A stretch of 63,159 nt of DNA, counting the filler, from Octopus bimaculoides (Eukaryota): assembly GCF_001194135.2 (NCBI RefSeq). It is 7 parts of 7 records of this genome, joined end to end, with 100 filler letters (N's around TTAATTAATTAA, not from the genome) between each part and the next. Parts side by side here need not be neighbours in the genome. Positions count along the whole stretch, not along the records: positions 38,428 to 56,311 come from NC_068996.1; positions 56,412 to 61,865 come from NC_069001.1; positions 61,966 to 63,159 come from NW_026296737.1; 4 more parts are not named here. The stretch is one strand, 5' to 3'. The translations under genes and the position numbers were made by a program. The notes beneath the pieces were generated by a model. It did not search any database, was not told the origin of the DNA, and saw nothing but the letters and a program-made list of their open reading frames with translations. Each line of letters starts with the position of its first letter. Position 1 is the first letter of the stretch. Of this stretch, positions 50,756-63,159 are shown one piece after another.

Positions 50756-51411
50756 ATAAATTGTATGAATTGTTTTTTTTTTTTTATTTTTCTTTGCACC
50801 ATCATCTCGTCCAACAACTCCTGACGGTTTTCCTGAAAAAATATCATTACTGATTGGCTCGGAGTTCTCAACAGCACGTGTGTAGGTTGATTACGTATCC
50901 TGTGTTTCGTGCTATCAACGTACTGTCAACCCCCATCCAGGGAATCACTAAGCATGACGGCTTGGTTGAGACTGTCAAACAGTTATCTATAAAACATGGC
51001 AAAACTATGTCTGTTTCTGTTTACGTATAAATGTTTAGCAGACTGAGGGATTTCCTTCTTTATCCAAGACTTCAGCCTTGCATGCATCCTCACGGGATCC
51101 TCAGCATAGTACAACTCAAATCAGTTTTTCTTCTTTTTTTTTTTTTTTCAGCATTGCTCTGCATTTAGCAGCCATGTTTCTTACATACATTAAGTGGGGG
51201 ATTAGAGAGAGGAGATAATTTCCGATCAGGTAACTGCAATAATCCCCTCAGTGTTTCTTACAAAGTAGATATGTTCTATTTGTTTCCTTACAACTTAGCT
51301 AGATTTTCAACTCTTGTTTTTCCAATGAAGTTCCTGTAAAAACGAGAGCTGAAACATCCGGCCAAGTTTTATGGAAGTAATAAACCGAATATACATATAT
51401 ACATATATGCT

Positions 51412-51845
51412 GCTTGTTTCAGTCATTAGAGTGCGACCATGCTGGGGAACCGCCTTGAGGAATCTTTAGTCGAAAGAATGGACTCCAGTACTTATTTTTG
51501 TTTTCAAGCTTGATACTCATTCTATCGGCCGCTAAGTTGATGGATGGAACTCCTTTGGTCATGAATGAACATGGGATTGCACCGAGAAAGTTCCCCTCCA
51601 AGGTACAAGTCCGGACAAAGTTGTTTATGGAAGACCAGCAGCTGACCATGCATATCAGCCTCCCCTCTCCACGCCGCCGATATTATCTAAGGGAAAGGTA
51701 AAGGCCATAATACAGCTTGGCACCAATGACATCACAATTCATCTCTACAGCTGAGTGAACTGGAGCAAAGCGAAATAAAGTGTTTTGCACAAGAGCAAAA
51801 CATACAGTCCGGTCCGGGAATCGAACTCACTACCTCATGGTTGCC
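51412..51845 (-). mobile_element. Family D SINE (51545-51845) abutting a family C tail (51412-51535)
   Basis: Reverse complement head gtgagttcgattcccgg, body ctttatttcgctttgctccagttcactcagctg; family C tail gaccatgctggggaaccgcc. Confidence 0.65.
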
Positions 51846-53796
51846 GTAATTAATGATATCGTTTTCTTATATTGGCACAAGGATGCAAACAAATTTAATC
51901 AATTTGATGGACCAACAGTACATAACTGTTGCTTCTTTGATTGGCAAAGTTCTCTCAGATGGTAAGAAGCATAAATTAATGTAACTGAATACTGCAATTT
52001 CCTTTATAATTCAGCACCCTAGTTTCTACCTTTCTATCATATTATTTAAACAGCAAAGGAAGAAACACGTGGGATGGAGAGTCGCTAAAGAGGTCACAGG
52101 AAGTGTGACTAAAAATTTCAGACAAAGGACTTAGAATATGAACAATGATAAAGCTGAAATGATGAACGAATATATAGTCACAGGAAGTGTGACTAAAGAT
52201 TTCAGACGAATTACTTAGAATAAGAACAATGACAACAAAAAATGACCAACCCGAAATATAACAATATCTGTTTCAACACACGATTTCACATCAGGAATCT
52301 TGCAAAACAAACGCATAAACGTAATATTCATTTATGTATTTATAGCAGACCATATATTTGTGATAACCTAGTATAGCAGATCGAGAAGATTCAGTATGAC
52401 TAACTCTTCATAAACACGGAAAAGACTAAAAAGAAATTCCCCATAGAATCGCAACTTAATGTAAAGTGTAAACTGAAGCTTTTCGCGTAATGTAAACTGA
52501 TGCTGGAGTATCATTTCAAGTAGGGCGAGTTTGAAGTGTATTAGTATGAAACACTAACAGTTGCCCAGGCAACAGGTCTCTTATCTCAACGCTACTGATG
52601 TTANNNNNNNNNNNNNNNNNNNNNNNNNNNNNNNNNNNNNNNNNNNNNNNNNNNNNNNNNNNNNNNNNNNNNNNNNNNNNNNNNNNNNNNNNNNNNNNNN
52701 NNNNNNNNNNNNNNNNNNNNNNNNNNNNNNNNNNNNNNNNNNNNNNNNNNNNNNNNNNNNNNNNNNNNNNNNNNNNNNNNNNNNNNNNNNNNNNNNNNNN
52801 NNNNNNNNNNNNNNNNNNNNNNNNNNNNNNNNNNNNNNNNNNNNNNNNNNNNNNNNNNNNNNNNNNNNNNNNNNNNNNNNNNNNNNNNNNNNNNNNNNNN
52901 NNNNNNNNNNNNNNNNNNNNNNNNNNNNNNNNNNNNNNNNNNNNNNNNNNNNNNNNNNNNNNNNNNNNNNNNNNNNNNNNNTAGTATGAAACACTAACAG
53001 TTGCCCAGGCAACAGGTCTCTTATCTCAACGCTACTGATGTTAGGGAAGAGTAAAAATTCTTCTTTTGGAATTTGACACTCGTATAGTCGTGAAAATTGC
53101 CAGAACAATATTGGAAACAATATTTTGCTGTCATAGATATCTTAGTTCTGTTATTTTTCTCGTGTTTTAACCCTCAAGCCTTTGTCATGGGTAAAGATTG
53201 CTATAAGGCAGCAGAGGATTGCAGTCAGAAATTAACCCCTTTTTTTTTTTTAGATAAACTGTTTTCCCAGGCTGACGAGTTCCATCTAAAATACAGAATG
53301 TATGAATGAACACACTTCAAATATTTATTCGGCCAAAATGAGTACCAAGTGATTGCATGGAACGCCTTCTCACCCTCTAACATTCATATCTTGAATGATC
53401 CGCATGGTTAAGAGTGGAAAAGCTAAAATGATGCGTATGATTGCTCGTAGTTACAGAAAGAGACCTAAAACAATTATTGAAAGCATTGTACAAGCTTTAA
53501 GGTCACACTCGCCTAAGTGACGGTTGTAACCAAACACTGCATATCACAGATCATTTCAAACTACAAGTTTCACAATGAGGCGAAAAGTCTCAAATTAAAC
53601 GATCACCAAAGAATACGAGGAGCATAGTTTTTTGCTGCGACAAACTTTAGGCTGTTACTGCTGGATGAAATTCACAACCCAGAGACAACATATTGATCCA
53701 CTAAGCATTAAAGCCTACACAATAGGCGCCATTACATATTTGTTCAGATACATATACAATATTGGCTTCAAATTTTGGAATAAATCCAACAATTAC

Positions 53797-53915
53797 AGGG
53801 GAAGGGGTAAATCGATTATATCGAATCCAGTGTTCAACTCGTACTTATCTTAATGACTCAGGAAGGATGAAAGGCAAAGTCACCGTCAGCGGTATTCGAA
53901 CTCAGAAGGTAAGAG
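53797..53915 (-). mobile_element. SINE family B fragment
   Basis: ggatgaaaggcaaagtc..gaactcagaa. Confidence 0.65.
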
Positions 53916-54894
53916 TCTTATACAATATTAGGGAAATATATCTCGAACATTATATTATGAGACTGTCTCTCCACCTTTCAGTCCAGTTAAATAAAAAAAA
54001 CGTTCTTAGCCCTAAAACAGCTGCAACCAAATGAACAGCGACTGTCTCATTTGGGACCAAGTTCGCACTAACTTCTTCAGCTGTCGACGAGGAAGTGTCT
54101 TGATCTAATGAAAAAAAAAAAGATCTCAGTCCAATGACAAATTTTCTTTGATCAAACGTCATGCCATCACTCAACTTCACCGAAATAGCAGTTAAATCTC
54201 TTTCAAATCATACTATGTTGTTTTAAAACGAATACATTGGGTGACGTAGAACTAGATGCACACAATACCGGTGAAAAAAGACAGAATAACCTTCGCCCGA
54301 ACGCCTTTTAATAATCCTTGACTGACTTGGAAACAAAGAACAATAGCTTACATACCATAACGAAGACAAAATAATGGAGAAAACTATGTCAAATGCCCAA
54401 ATCACCATACTTCACGTAATACTTTAACGCACGGTTAGACTGCACAGTATGACTCGCAACTGTGGCCGTCGAATTTAGTGAACTACATCAGTAGAAAATA
54501 TAGTCTTTGAGACAGCAGTTGAGACAGAACTCCAAAACAGAAAATCGTTTCCGTTTCGTTTCATCAATGTAAAAGGGAGGAAAAGTAAAATGATTTCTGT
54601 ACATCGACAAAGATTTTAAGACCCATTTTTCATTACTAAAACAGATGTTAGACTCGTGGGGATCCATGAACGCCAGCTTTTTGAGAGAGTATAATTATGA
54701 CCTTCCTGCCACCAGTCCCTTTAGTTGCTACTTTTACGACACACAGAAATTAGAAGGTGTCTTTTCTAAATCCGGGATACAAACTGAAATAAATTGGCCT
54801 TTGTGAAATCGCTGAAATAAATGCCACTATGGTTTAATTGGTTCTATCAGCAGCACACAAACTTTTGCATGAAACATCGGTTTATGATGGTGTT

Positions 54895-54929
54895 GTGGAT
54901 GCTGCTGCCACTGCTGTTGTTGCTGTTGC

Positions 54930-55005
<76 letters not shown>
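54895..55005. repeat. (GTT)n microsatellite
   Basis: Direct reading. Confidence 0.95.
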
Positions 55006-55006
<1 letters not shown>

Positions 55007-56276
55007 TTTCTTTTTGATGATAACGGTGATGACTTGGAGAAAGAGGAGGAAGAAGAGGAAAAATACATTTAGCCCTAGGCCGCCGGTCCTTATCAATCAA
55101 CAGGCTTTAAATCAAAGTCGTTTTAGTCGTAACCATCGCATCTCTTGTCTTCTTTTTCAAGCGTAGCGTATCGAGGATTTANNNNNNNNNNNNNNNNNNN
55201 NNNNNNNNNNNNNNNNNNNNNNNNNNNNNNNNNNNNNNNNNNNNNNNNNNNNNNNNNNNNNNNNNNNNNNNNNNNNNNNNNNNNNNNNNNNNNNNNNNNN
55301 NNNNNNNNNNNNNNNNNNNNNNNNNNNNNNNNNNNNNNNNNNNNNNNNNNNNNNNNNNNNNNNNNNNNNNNNNNNNNNNNNNNNNNNNNNNNNNNNNNNN
55401 NNNNNNNNNNNNNNNNNNNNNNNNNNNNNNNNNNNNNNNNNNNNNNNNNNNNNNNNNNNNNNNNNNNNNNNNNNNNNNNNNNNNNNNNNNNNNNNNNNNN
55501 NNNNNNNNNNNNNNNNNNNNNNNNNNNNNNNNNNNNNNNNNNNNNNNNNNNNNNNNNNNNNNNNNNNNNNNNNNNNNNNNNNNNNNNNNNNNNNNNNNNN
55601 NNNNNNNNNNNNNNNNNNNNNNNNNNNNNNNNNNNNNNNNNNNNNNNNNNNNNNNNNNNNNNNNNNNNNNNNNNNNNNNNNNNNNNNNNNNNNNNNNNNN
55701 NNNNNNNNNNNNNNNNNNNNNNNNNNNNNNNNNNNNNNNNNNNNNNNNNNNNNNNNNNNNNNNNNNNNNNNNNNNNNNNNNNNNNNNNNNNNNNNNNNNN
55801 NNNNNNNNNNNNNNNNNNNNNNNNNNNNNNNNNNNNNNNNNNNNNNNNNNNNNNNNNNNNNNNNNNNNNNNNNNNNNNNNNNNNNNNNNNNNNNNNNNNN
55901 NNNNNNNNNNNNNNNNNNNNNNNNNNNNNNNNNNNNNNNATATATAACTCTTCGAAACGCCAGTGTTAGAATGGTGGCAGCTGATGAAGGAAATATTCTC
56001 TATGTGGCCTGTGTGTTTTCTGTACTCTGTTTATCATTTTGTCTACGTTTTGTTTGCAACATCCTGTACCCAGATATGCATCTAAATATACAGGTAGATG
56101 TAGGTATGTACATACATGTACGTATATATGCATATACTCATTTATTATTTATATACATATATATGAATTTTAATTCATCCTATGTATTTATTTGTACAAA
56201 TGCATATAAAATGTTGTTGATTTTGTTTTTAACATTTCCTTCCTATTTTTCATCCTATCCTTCTTTCTCTCTCTCC

Positions 56277-56311
<35 letters not shown>

Positions 56312-56991
56312 NNNNNNNNNNNNNNNNNNNNNNNNNNNNNNNNNNNNNNNNNNNNTTAATTAATTAANNNNNNNNNNNNNNNNNNNNNNNNNNNNNNNNN
56401 NNNNNNNNNNNGTGTTCTTTTAACTGGTTTAGTTGGGGGGAGGGGGTTATTGATGGATTGCTTTTTTTTTTCTATTTTTATTTTTCCTTGTATTTTTTTA
56501 CTTTTGTTTTGTTGGTTGTTTTGGGAGCTTTTTTTTTTCTTTAGCCATGGGCAGGTAAGCTCCAGGAAAGATTGTTATTAAAAGAAAAGAAATGAGAGAA
56601 AAATATAGGAAGTAATGGTTCATTTTGTTCTTGTAAAGTTTGGAATCTCTTTTTTCACAAAGAGAAAAACTATTTTTGTCAAGATATATATATACATGCA
56701 TACATACATACATACATACATACATACATACATACATACATGCATACATACAGTATGTGCATGAACATGCAATCCTATGCACAGATATACACTCACATTT
56801 ATGAACATACATACACATATATATGCAACACATATCAACATGTGCACTCAAACACAAACACACACTCACAAACATATACATACATGCATACATTAACAAA
56901 AATACACATATATACATACATACTACATAAATATATACACAAATACAAACATGCAAACACAAACATGTGCCTCTGTGTGTGTATATATATC

Positions 56992-57024
<33 letters not shown>

Positions 57025-57038
57025 AACACACACACATG

Positions 57039-57088
<50 letters not shown>

Positions 57089-58149
57089 TAAACATACACT
57101 TAAATCCAGCTATAAATACATATCAATAAACACACACCACAAATACACACACACATATATATACAAACATGCAAACACACATACATTCCATCACACACAC
57201 ACATAATCAAAATCATGACAGTGTTCCAGCTTGAACTTTTTTTTTTTTTATTGCAGAAATAAGGGGAGGCATAAATTTCCCCCGCCCCCTACTCCCTNNN
57301 NNNNNNNNNNNNNNNNNNNNNNNNNNNNNNNNNNNNNNNNNNNNNNNNNNNNNNNNNNNNNNNNNNNNNNNNNNNNNNNNNNNNNNNNNNNNNNNNNNNN
57401 NNNNNNNNNNNNNNNNNNNNNNNNNNNNNNNNNNNNNNNNNNNNNNNNNNNNNNNNNNNNNNNNNNNNNNNNNNNNNNNNNNNNNNNNNNNNNNNNNNNN
57501 NNNNNNNNNNNNNNNNNNNNNNNNNNNNNNNNNNNNNNNNNNNNNNNNNNNNNNNNNNNNNNNNNNNNNNNNNNNNNNNNNNNNNNNNNNNNNNNNNNNN
57601 NNNNNNNNNNNNNNNNNNNNNNNNNNNNNNNNNNNNNNNNNNNNNNNNNNNNNNNNNNNNNNNNNNNNNNNNNNNNNNNNNNNNNNNNNNNNNNNNNNNN
57701 NNNNNNNNNNNNNNNNNNNNNNNNNNNNNNNNNNNNNNNNNNNNNNNNNNNNNNNNNNNNNNNNNNNNNNNNNNNNNNNNNNNNNNNNNNNNNNNNNNNN
57801 NNNNNNNNNNNNNNNNNNNNNNNNNNNNNNNNNNNNNNNNNNNNNNNNNNNNNNNNNNNNNNNNNNNNNNNNNNNNNNNNNNTTTTTTTTTTTTTCTATG
57901 GTGTAGTCCAGACAAGTATGGGAGGGCACTGCACATGATCTTTTACAAGGCATCCAAAACTGGCAGAGAAAGCATAGAATAACATTTCAAAGTATATTCT
58001 TTAACCCTAAGTTAGCCCTGATTGAATATACCTGTTATTAAAGATGTTCCAGGCATGACCATCTGATCTCTTTTAGTCAGGACATTTAGTGTTGAAATGA
58101 GGTTTGCTTGGTCCTTCAACCTAAAGCAGTACAAATGTTAATTATACCA

Positions 58150-58860
58150 TTCTTTAAAAGTAAGGTGGTGAGTCTTGTAGAGTGAGGGTAGCTCTGTACA
58201 CCATGATCTATGAAAGGCAACATCCCCTCAGTAGACAAGGAACTCAATGGCAGCATTTTTAGAATGTTTTAAGTTAGTTTCTGAGTATATAATAGTTGAA
58301 GTAAAGTCATCTCAACAAGAGCAGCTAACCTCCAGATTTTGTACATAGACAAGTTTGTGATATCTGTGTAATCAAGATGCTACTTTATTAGAGACAGAAA
58401 ATTCCTAGTAATTTCTGTCATGATGTGTAAATTATAAGGTGGATTAAACCAGATTACTTTCCCCTTTCTGATTCTGCTCAGAAACTGAGTAGGCAAGGGT
58501 TTCTTTCTATAGAATAACTTCTCAGCGAAACTACTCATATAGAGCCTTGAGACAGTGGTGGGGAGAGTACTGCCTGTTGAAAATTTGATAGGAGATTCTT
58601 CTATTTATGCCTGCAACAAGGTCCCTAATATTAACTTAGGAGGTGATTGGAATCCCTATGTATATATACCATTTCCTTGCTTAGCTTTCCATTGGAAATG
58701 TGTCTATCTATCTGAAAGATCTATAGGAAAGCCTAGGAAATTAGCTGTCATTAGATTGGTGGGCAGAATTATACATTATCCAATGTTGTTCATCTCCAGT
58801 CTTCCACAAAAAAATGTCTGGCAAAGGAGAAATATTAACATGCTTCAAAACAGATGAAAG
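58150..58860 (-). mobile_element. Penelope-like element, decayed RT-thumb to GIY-YIG region
   Basis: Hand translation gives YIHRDSNH (~58672-58645), KVIWFNPPYNLHIMTEITRNFLSLIK (~58460-58383) and PCLLRGCCLS*IMVYRAT (~58240-58185), in the order known for Penelope-like ORFs. Confidence 0.7.
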
Positions 58861-58959
58861 TTAGCAACAGAAAGGGCATCCAGTTGTAGAAAATTTGTCT
58901 CAACAAATTCCATCAGACCCATGCAAGCATGGAAAAATGGAGGTAAATGACAATGATGA

Positions 58960-59450
58960 TAGGCGTGGCTGTTTGGTAAAAAACTTGCTTCCCAACCACA
59001 TGGTTCCAGGTTCGGCCCCACTGCATGGCACCTTGGGCCAGTGTTTTCTACTATAGCCACGAGCTGACCAAAGCCTTGTGTGTNNNNNNNNNNNNNNNNN
59101 NNNNNNNNNNNNNNNNNNNNNNNNNNNNNNNNNNNNNNNNNNNNNNNNNNNNNNNNNNNNNNNNNNNNNNNNNNNNNNNNNNNNNNNNNNNNNNNNNNNN
59201 NNNNNNNNNNNNNNNNNNNNNNNNNNNNNNNNNNNNNNNNNNNNNNNNNNNNNNNNNNNNNNNNNNNNNNNNNNNNNNNNNNNNNNNNNNNNNNNNNNNN
59301 NNNNNNNNNNNNNNNNNNNNNNNNNNNNNNNNNNNNNNNNNNNACTAGGCTTACAAAGAATAAGTCCTGGAGTTGCTTTCTTCAATTAACACCCTTTAAG
59401 GTGGTGCTCCAGCATGGCCACAGTCAAGTGACTGAAACAAGTAAAAAGAA
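58960..59450 (+). mobile_element. SINE family C spanning a gap
   Basis: Head aggcgtggctgtttggtaaaaaacttgcttcccaaccacatgg; tail gtggtgctccagcatggccacagtcaagtgactg. Confidence 0.8.
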
Positions 59451-59460
59451 TTTTTTTTAA

Positions 59461-59504
<44 letters not shown>

Positions 59505-60099
59505 ATATATGTATGTATGTATGTATGTACTGTAATTGATTTCTCCATGGTAACACGGTAGAAAATTCCTTTTGTTGATATAGCAATTGTTTGGGGGGGT
59601 TTTTTCCAGCTGGGTGCCTTCCCTTCAACAAACGGTTTATCTGTGAAACAGAGGTTACATCCACTTCTTTTTGTTTGGTCTATCAAGTAAACTCAAAAGG
59701 TACAACGTAAAAGCAACATTAAGATTTGAACTCCTGACCAAGTAATCAGAGGTTCATCTGCTTAACCTCAAAATATTTCTACCACTCTCTTTTCTTTTAT
59801 GCCTACTTACACACACATCACACATACACATACATACATGCATACATACATACATATATAATTACATACATTCAGGGAATATATTTAGGACTTTGCAACA
59901 CAAATACATAAATATAAAACCTTCAAAGATAACACACTTATATACACACATATATAAATACATCAACCAGACACAAACATATATATATGTATATATAACC
60001 AAATAGTAACAGAGAACAACACACATATACACACAAGGAAAGATAACTTTATAAATCTTTACACACGCATACACACACACACATGCATGCGCATGCCAA

Positions 60100-60624
60100 C
60101 ACATTAAATAACAAATGAAAAATCATTTAAACACACACATACACACACACATATTCTGTCTCGCATACAGAAATTCATATACATACATATATAAATACAT
60201 ACACATGCACTCTCTCTCTCTCTGTCTCTCACACACACACACAACTATATATACACACAACCATAACCACTTATACACACTCAACCATACATACATGCAC
60301 ATAGAACAACACATACATACCACCACATACGCACAACATACACACAACTATACAAAAGCACACAGAACTATATACACACACACACAACCACTTATACACA
60401 CACACTCACACAACCACACATACAGACACATACAGACATATGCAACCACACATATAAACACACGCAACTACACACACACACAGAAACCAAAAATGGGAGC
60501 ATTGATTGATAAAGTTCTAATACTACTACTAACACTACCACCAACACTACTACTACTAACTAACTAACCAACTGACACCACAACCAACACCATTACTGCC
60601 ACCACCACCACCACCACCACCACC

Positions 60625-60664
<40 letters not shown>

Positions 60665-60860
60665 TCAGAGAGTTACAGTTTCTGTTTGGTCTAGATTTCC
60701 AACTATCTTATTATTTGAGGAAAAACCATTCCTTTTCTATGCAGTACTCAATTGATTTCTTTTGAAATACTTGCTCTGCTGCAACCCGTCTATCACCACC
60801 ACCACAACCACCACCACCACAACCAATGCCACCGCCGTCGCCACCACCAACACCAGCAAT
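60100..60860. repeat. CA-rich degenerate repeat plus (CCA)n/(CTA)n tracts
   Basis: Direct reading. Confidence 0.8.
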
Positions 60861-61176
60861 GCCATACCCAGCACAGTCACTATTGCACTCGTACTCTTCT
60901 TCCTTGCTCGCCTCACCTCCAACCCTCACCTTTGCCAGCATCCTCATCGTTTATGCCTCTCTTACTTTCTTACTCTCTCTCTCTCCCTCTCTCCTTCTAC
61001 ACTGTTCACCACTAACACACCATATCAGCTATCAAATGATACTTTTCCACAGACTATTAGTCTCGTATTAATATTTCTCTCTGTTCTCGTAGCTCTCCAC
61101 GTCTTCCTCCGACTCCATTTAGTCTCACATAGCTTTTCACAGACACACACGATAACAACAACAACAACACTAACAA

Positions 61177-61234
<58 letters not shown>

Positions 61235-62027
61235 TCTCAGTGGTGGTGTTATTATTATTAAAAGAACAACAATTACACTAGCAATGATGTCAAGAGACCC
61301 CTGTTATCTCTGCTCCCCCTTCTTCCCCCCCCCCNNNNNNNNNNNNNNNNNNNNNNNNNNNNNNNNNNNNNNNNNNNNNNNNNNNNNNNNNNNNNNNNNN
61401 NNNNNNNNNNNNNNNNNNNNNNNNNNNNNNATTATTATTATTATTATTATTATTATTATTTCTCAGTGGTGGTGTTATTATTATTAAAAGAACAACAATT
61501 ACACTAGCAATGATGTCAAGAGACCCCTGTTATCTCTGCTCCCCCTTCTTTCCCCCCCCCCATTTTCCGATATTTTCTCCTTTATAGTGTGTAAGTTCCC
61601 GATTTGTTGTTGTTACTGCTTGTAGTGATGGCAGAGGTGATGGTGCATGATGGTAGTTGTGGCAATGTTGTTCTTGTTGTTGTTAGTCTTATTATCCGTT
61701 GATGTTCTGTTCCCCTCTGTTCTGTTCTGTTCAACAGCTCCAGTTCAGCTCCGACTGTGCAGACCTATGCCATGGAATCAGTCAATCGAACTCTCGGAGA
61801 TGACCCACTAATTCAACTTGAGTTGAAAAATAAAGGTCTCAGACACTCCAGTCTAGTCTAGTCGANNNNNNNNNNNNNNNNNNNNNNNNNNNNNNNNNNN
61901 NNNNNNNNNTTAATTAATTAANNNNNNNNNNNNNNNNNNNNNNNNNNNNNNNNNNNNNNNNNNNNTACACATATATACACATAAACATATACACAAACAT
62001 ATATATATATATATACATATATTTGTC

Positions 62028-62058
<31 letters not shown>

Positions 62059-62062
62059 GTAC

Positions 62063-62102
<40 letters not shown>

Positions 62103-62210
62103 TATTTTATTTAAAAGAGTACCAACTCTGTCCGCTTTCTATGTTCTTTCATTTACATTCCTGCAAAACCAATGTGGGATATAGAATATGGAATATGTGA
62201 ATAAATAACC

Positions 62211-62421
62211 CTTTCTGCTAAAGGCACAAGACCTGAAATTTGGTGGGAGGGGGACTAGTTGATTACATCGACCCCAGTGTTTCACTGGTACTTAATTCAT
62301 TGACCCCCAAAAAGATGAATGGCAAAGTTGACTTCAGTGGAATTTGAACTCAGAATGTAGGGATGGATGAAATACTGCTAAACCATTCATCCAGTATGCT
62401 AATGAGTTCACTAGCTTGCTA
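62211..62421 (-). mobile_element. SINE family B
   Basis: gattacatcgaccccagtg..ggcaaagttgacttc..gaatttgaactcagaatg. Confidence 0.8.
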
Positions 62422-62953
62422 CATTAATATGAATAAATAATGTGAATGGATAAGCATTTCATTTGACAGAGTGATCTGAATTCCAAAGAATTAAGCAGTA
62501 AATATTTTCACCTTTTTAAATAAATGCAGCCAGAGAAAATCCTTTTGACTTCCTAAATGAATGGAGCAACAAGAAATGTTTACACTTTTTCAAATGAAAG
62601 TAGCATAAGAAATTAACAATATCTCATACAATGACATAAAATAGTATACACATGACTCATTGATTCTTAGGAAAGGAAGTAAACTGTTAGGACTCCAAAT
62701 AAAGAAAAACACAAAGATGAAATGATAGATCAACAAACAATGTATATTAGATTGATATTCCAGGAAAATGGAAGAAGTCTAGAAGTCTTTAGCATTTCAA
62801 ACCCACACATTTCTACAGAAAGGATATTTTGTGGGGAGAGACAAGAAAAACAAAAAGAACTTGTCTGAGTTAAATGGTCAAGGTATGCTAAACTGGCTGA
62901 ATGAGGAAATTGGTTTGAGATGTGGGTTGCAAGGAAGACAACAGTAACCTGGC

Positions 62954-62984
<31 letters not shown>

Positions 62985-63159
62985 CACATGCACAAGCTTA
63001 CATGTGTATGAAATGAATGTGTGTCCACTCTGAAACCACTTTTATTCTGTTCAATCTTGCTAAAAATGCTTAACTATTCACTAAATGCCACATCCATCAT
63101 TCTTGGTATACACACATACACACATACACACATACACACACACACAGACACACACACAC

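Noticed and set aside
52541-53043. ~62-nt direct repeat on both sides of a gap
   Set aside because: Identical sequence at both gap edges is typical of an unmerged contig overlap.
3809-59460. Long ORFs of YI/HT/CV/X repeats and poly-P/H/N/Q/L ORFs in the track
   Set aside because: They are microsatellites read through N gaps.
61190-61561. ~130-nt duplication flanking a gap
   Set aside because: Same reason; the gap sits at a poly-C run.
11149-61921. TTAATTAATTAA between short N runs (about 11149, 33720, 36462, 38372, 56356, 61910)
   Set aside because: Identical all-frame-stop spacer flanked by Ns each time: a scaffolding artefact, not biology.

Overview
Repeat-saturated, gap-ridden animal genomic DNA. 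The SINE repertoire and microsatellite load suggest a coleoid cephalopod, probably Octopus (inference). The only host gene I can support is an SLC6 (Na+/Cl-:neurotransmitter symporter) transporter of the glycine/proline amino-acid type on the minus strand. Two coding exons are visible (16902/16869-16695 and 13214-13083); the later exons were not found and may lie in gaps or left of the window. The rest is mobile DNA: a decayed near-full-length Tx1/L1-clade LINE (~39.2-43.55 kb), a Tc1 transposon with long TIRs, a mariner fragment, a CR1-type 3' end, hAT-Charlie MITEs, a decayed Penelope-like element, and at least five tRNA-derived SINE families. The most notable signal is a ~280-nt non-autonomous repeat (5 full or partial copies). 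It joins a tRNA-Ser-like Pol III head to a minimal type I hammerhead ribozyme with a palindromic (dimerising) helix III and a Penelope-type tail, and it occurs in inverted and fold-back arrangements around the first SLC6 exon. Also notable is a 3' tail shared between one SINE family and the local Tx1/L1 LINE ends. All alignments and translations outside the supplied ORF track were done by eye.
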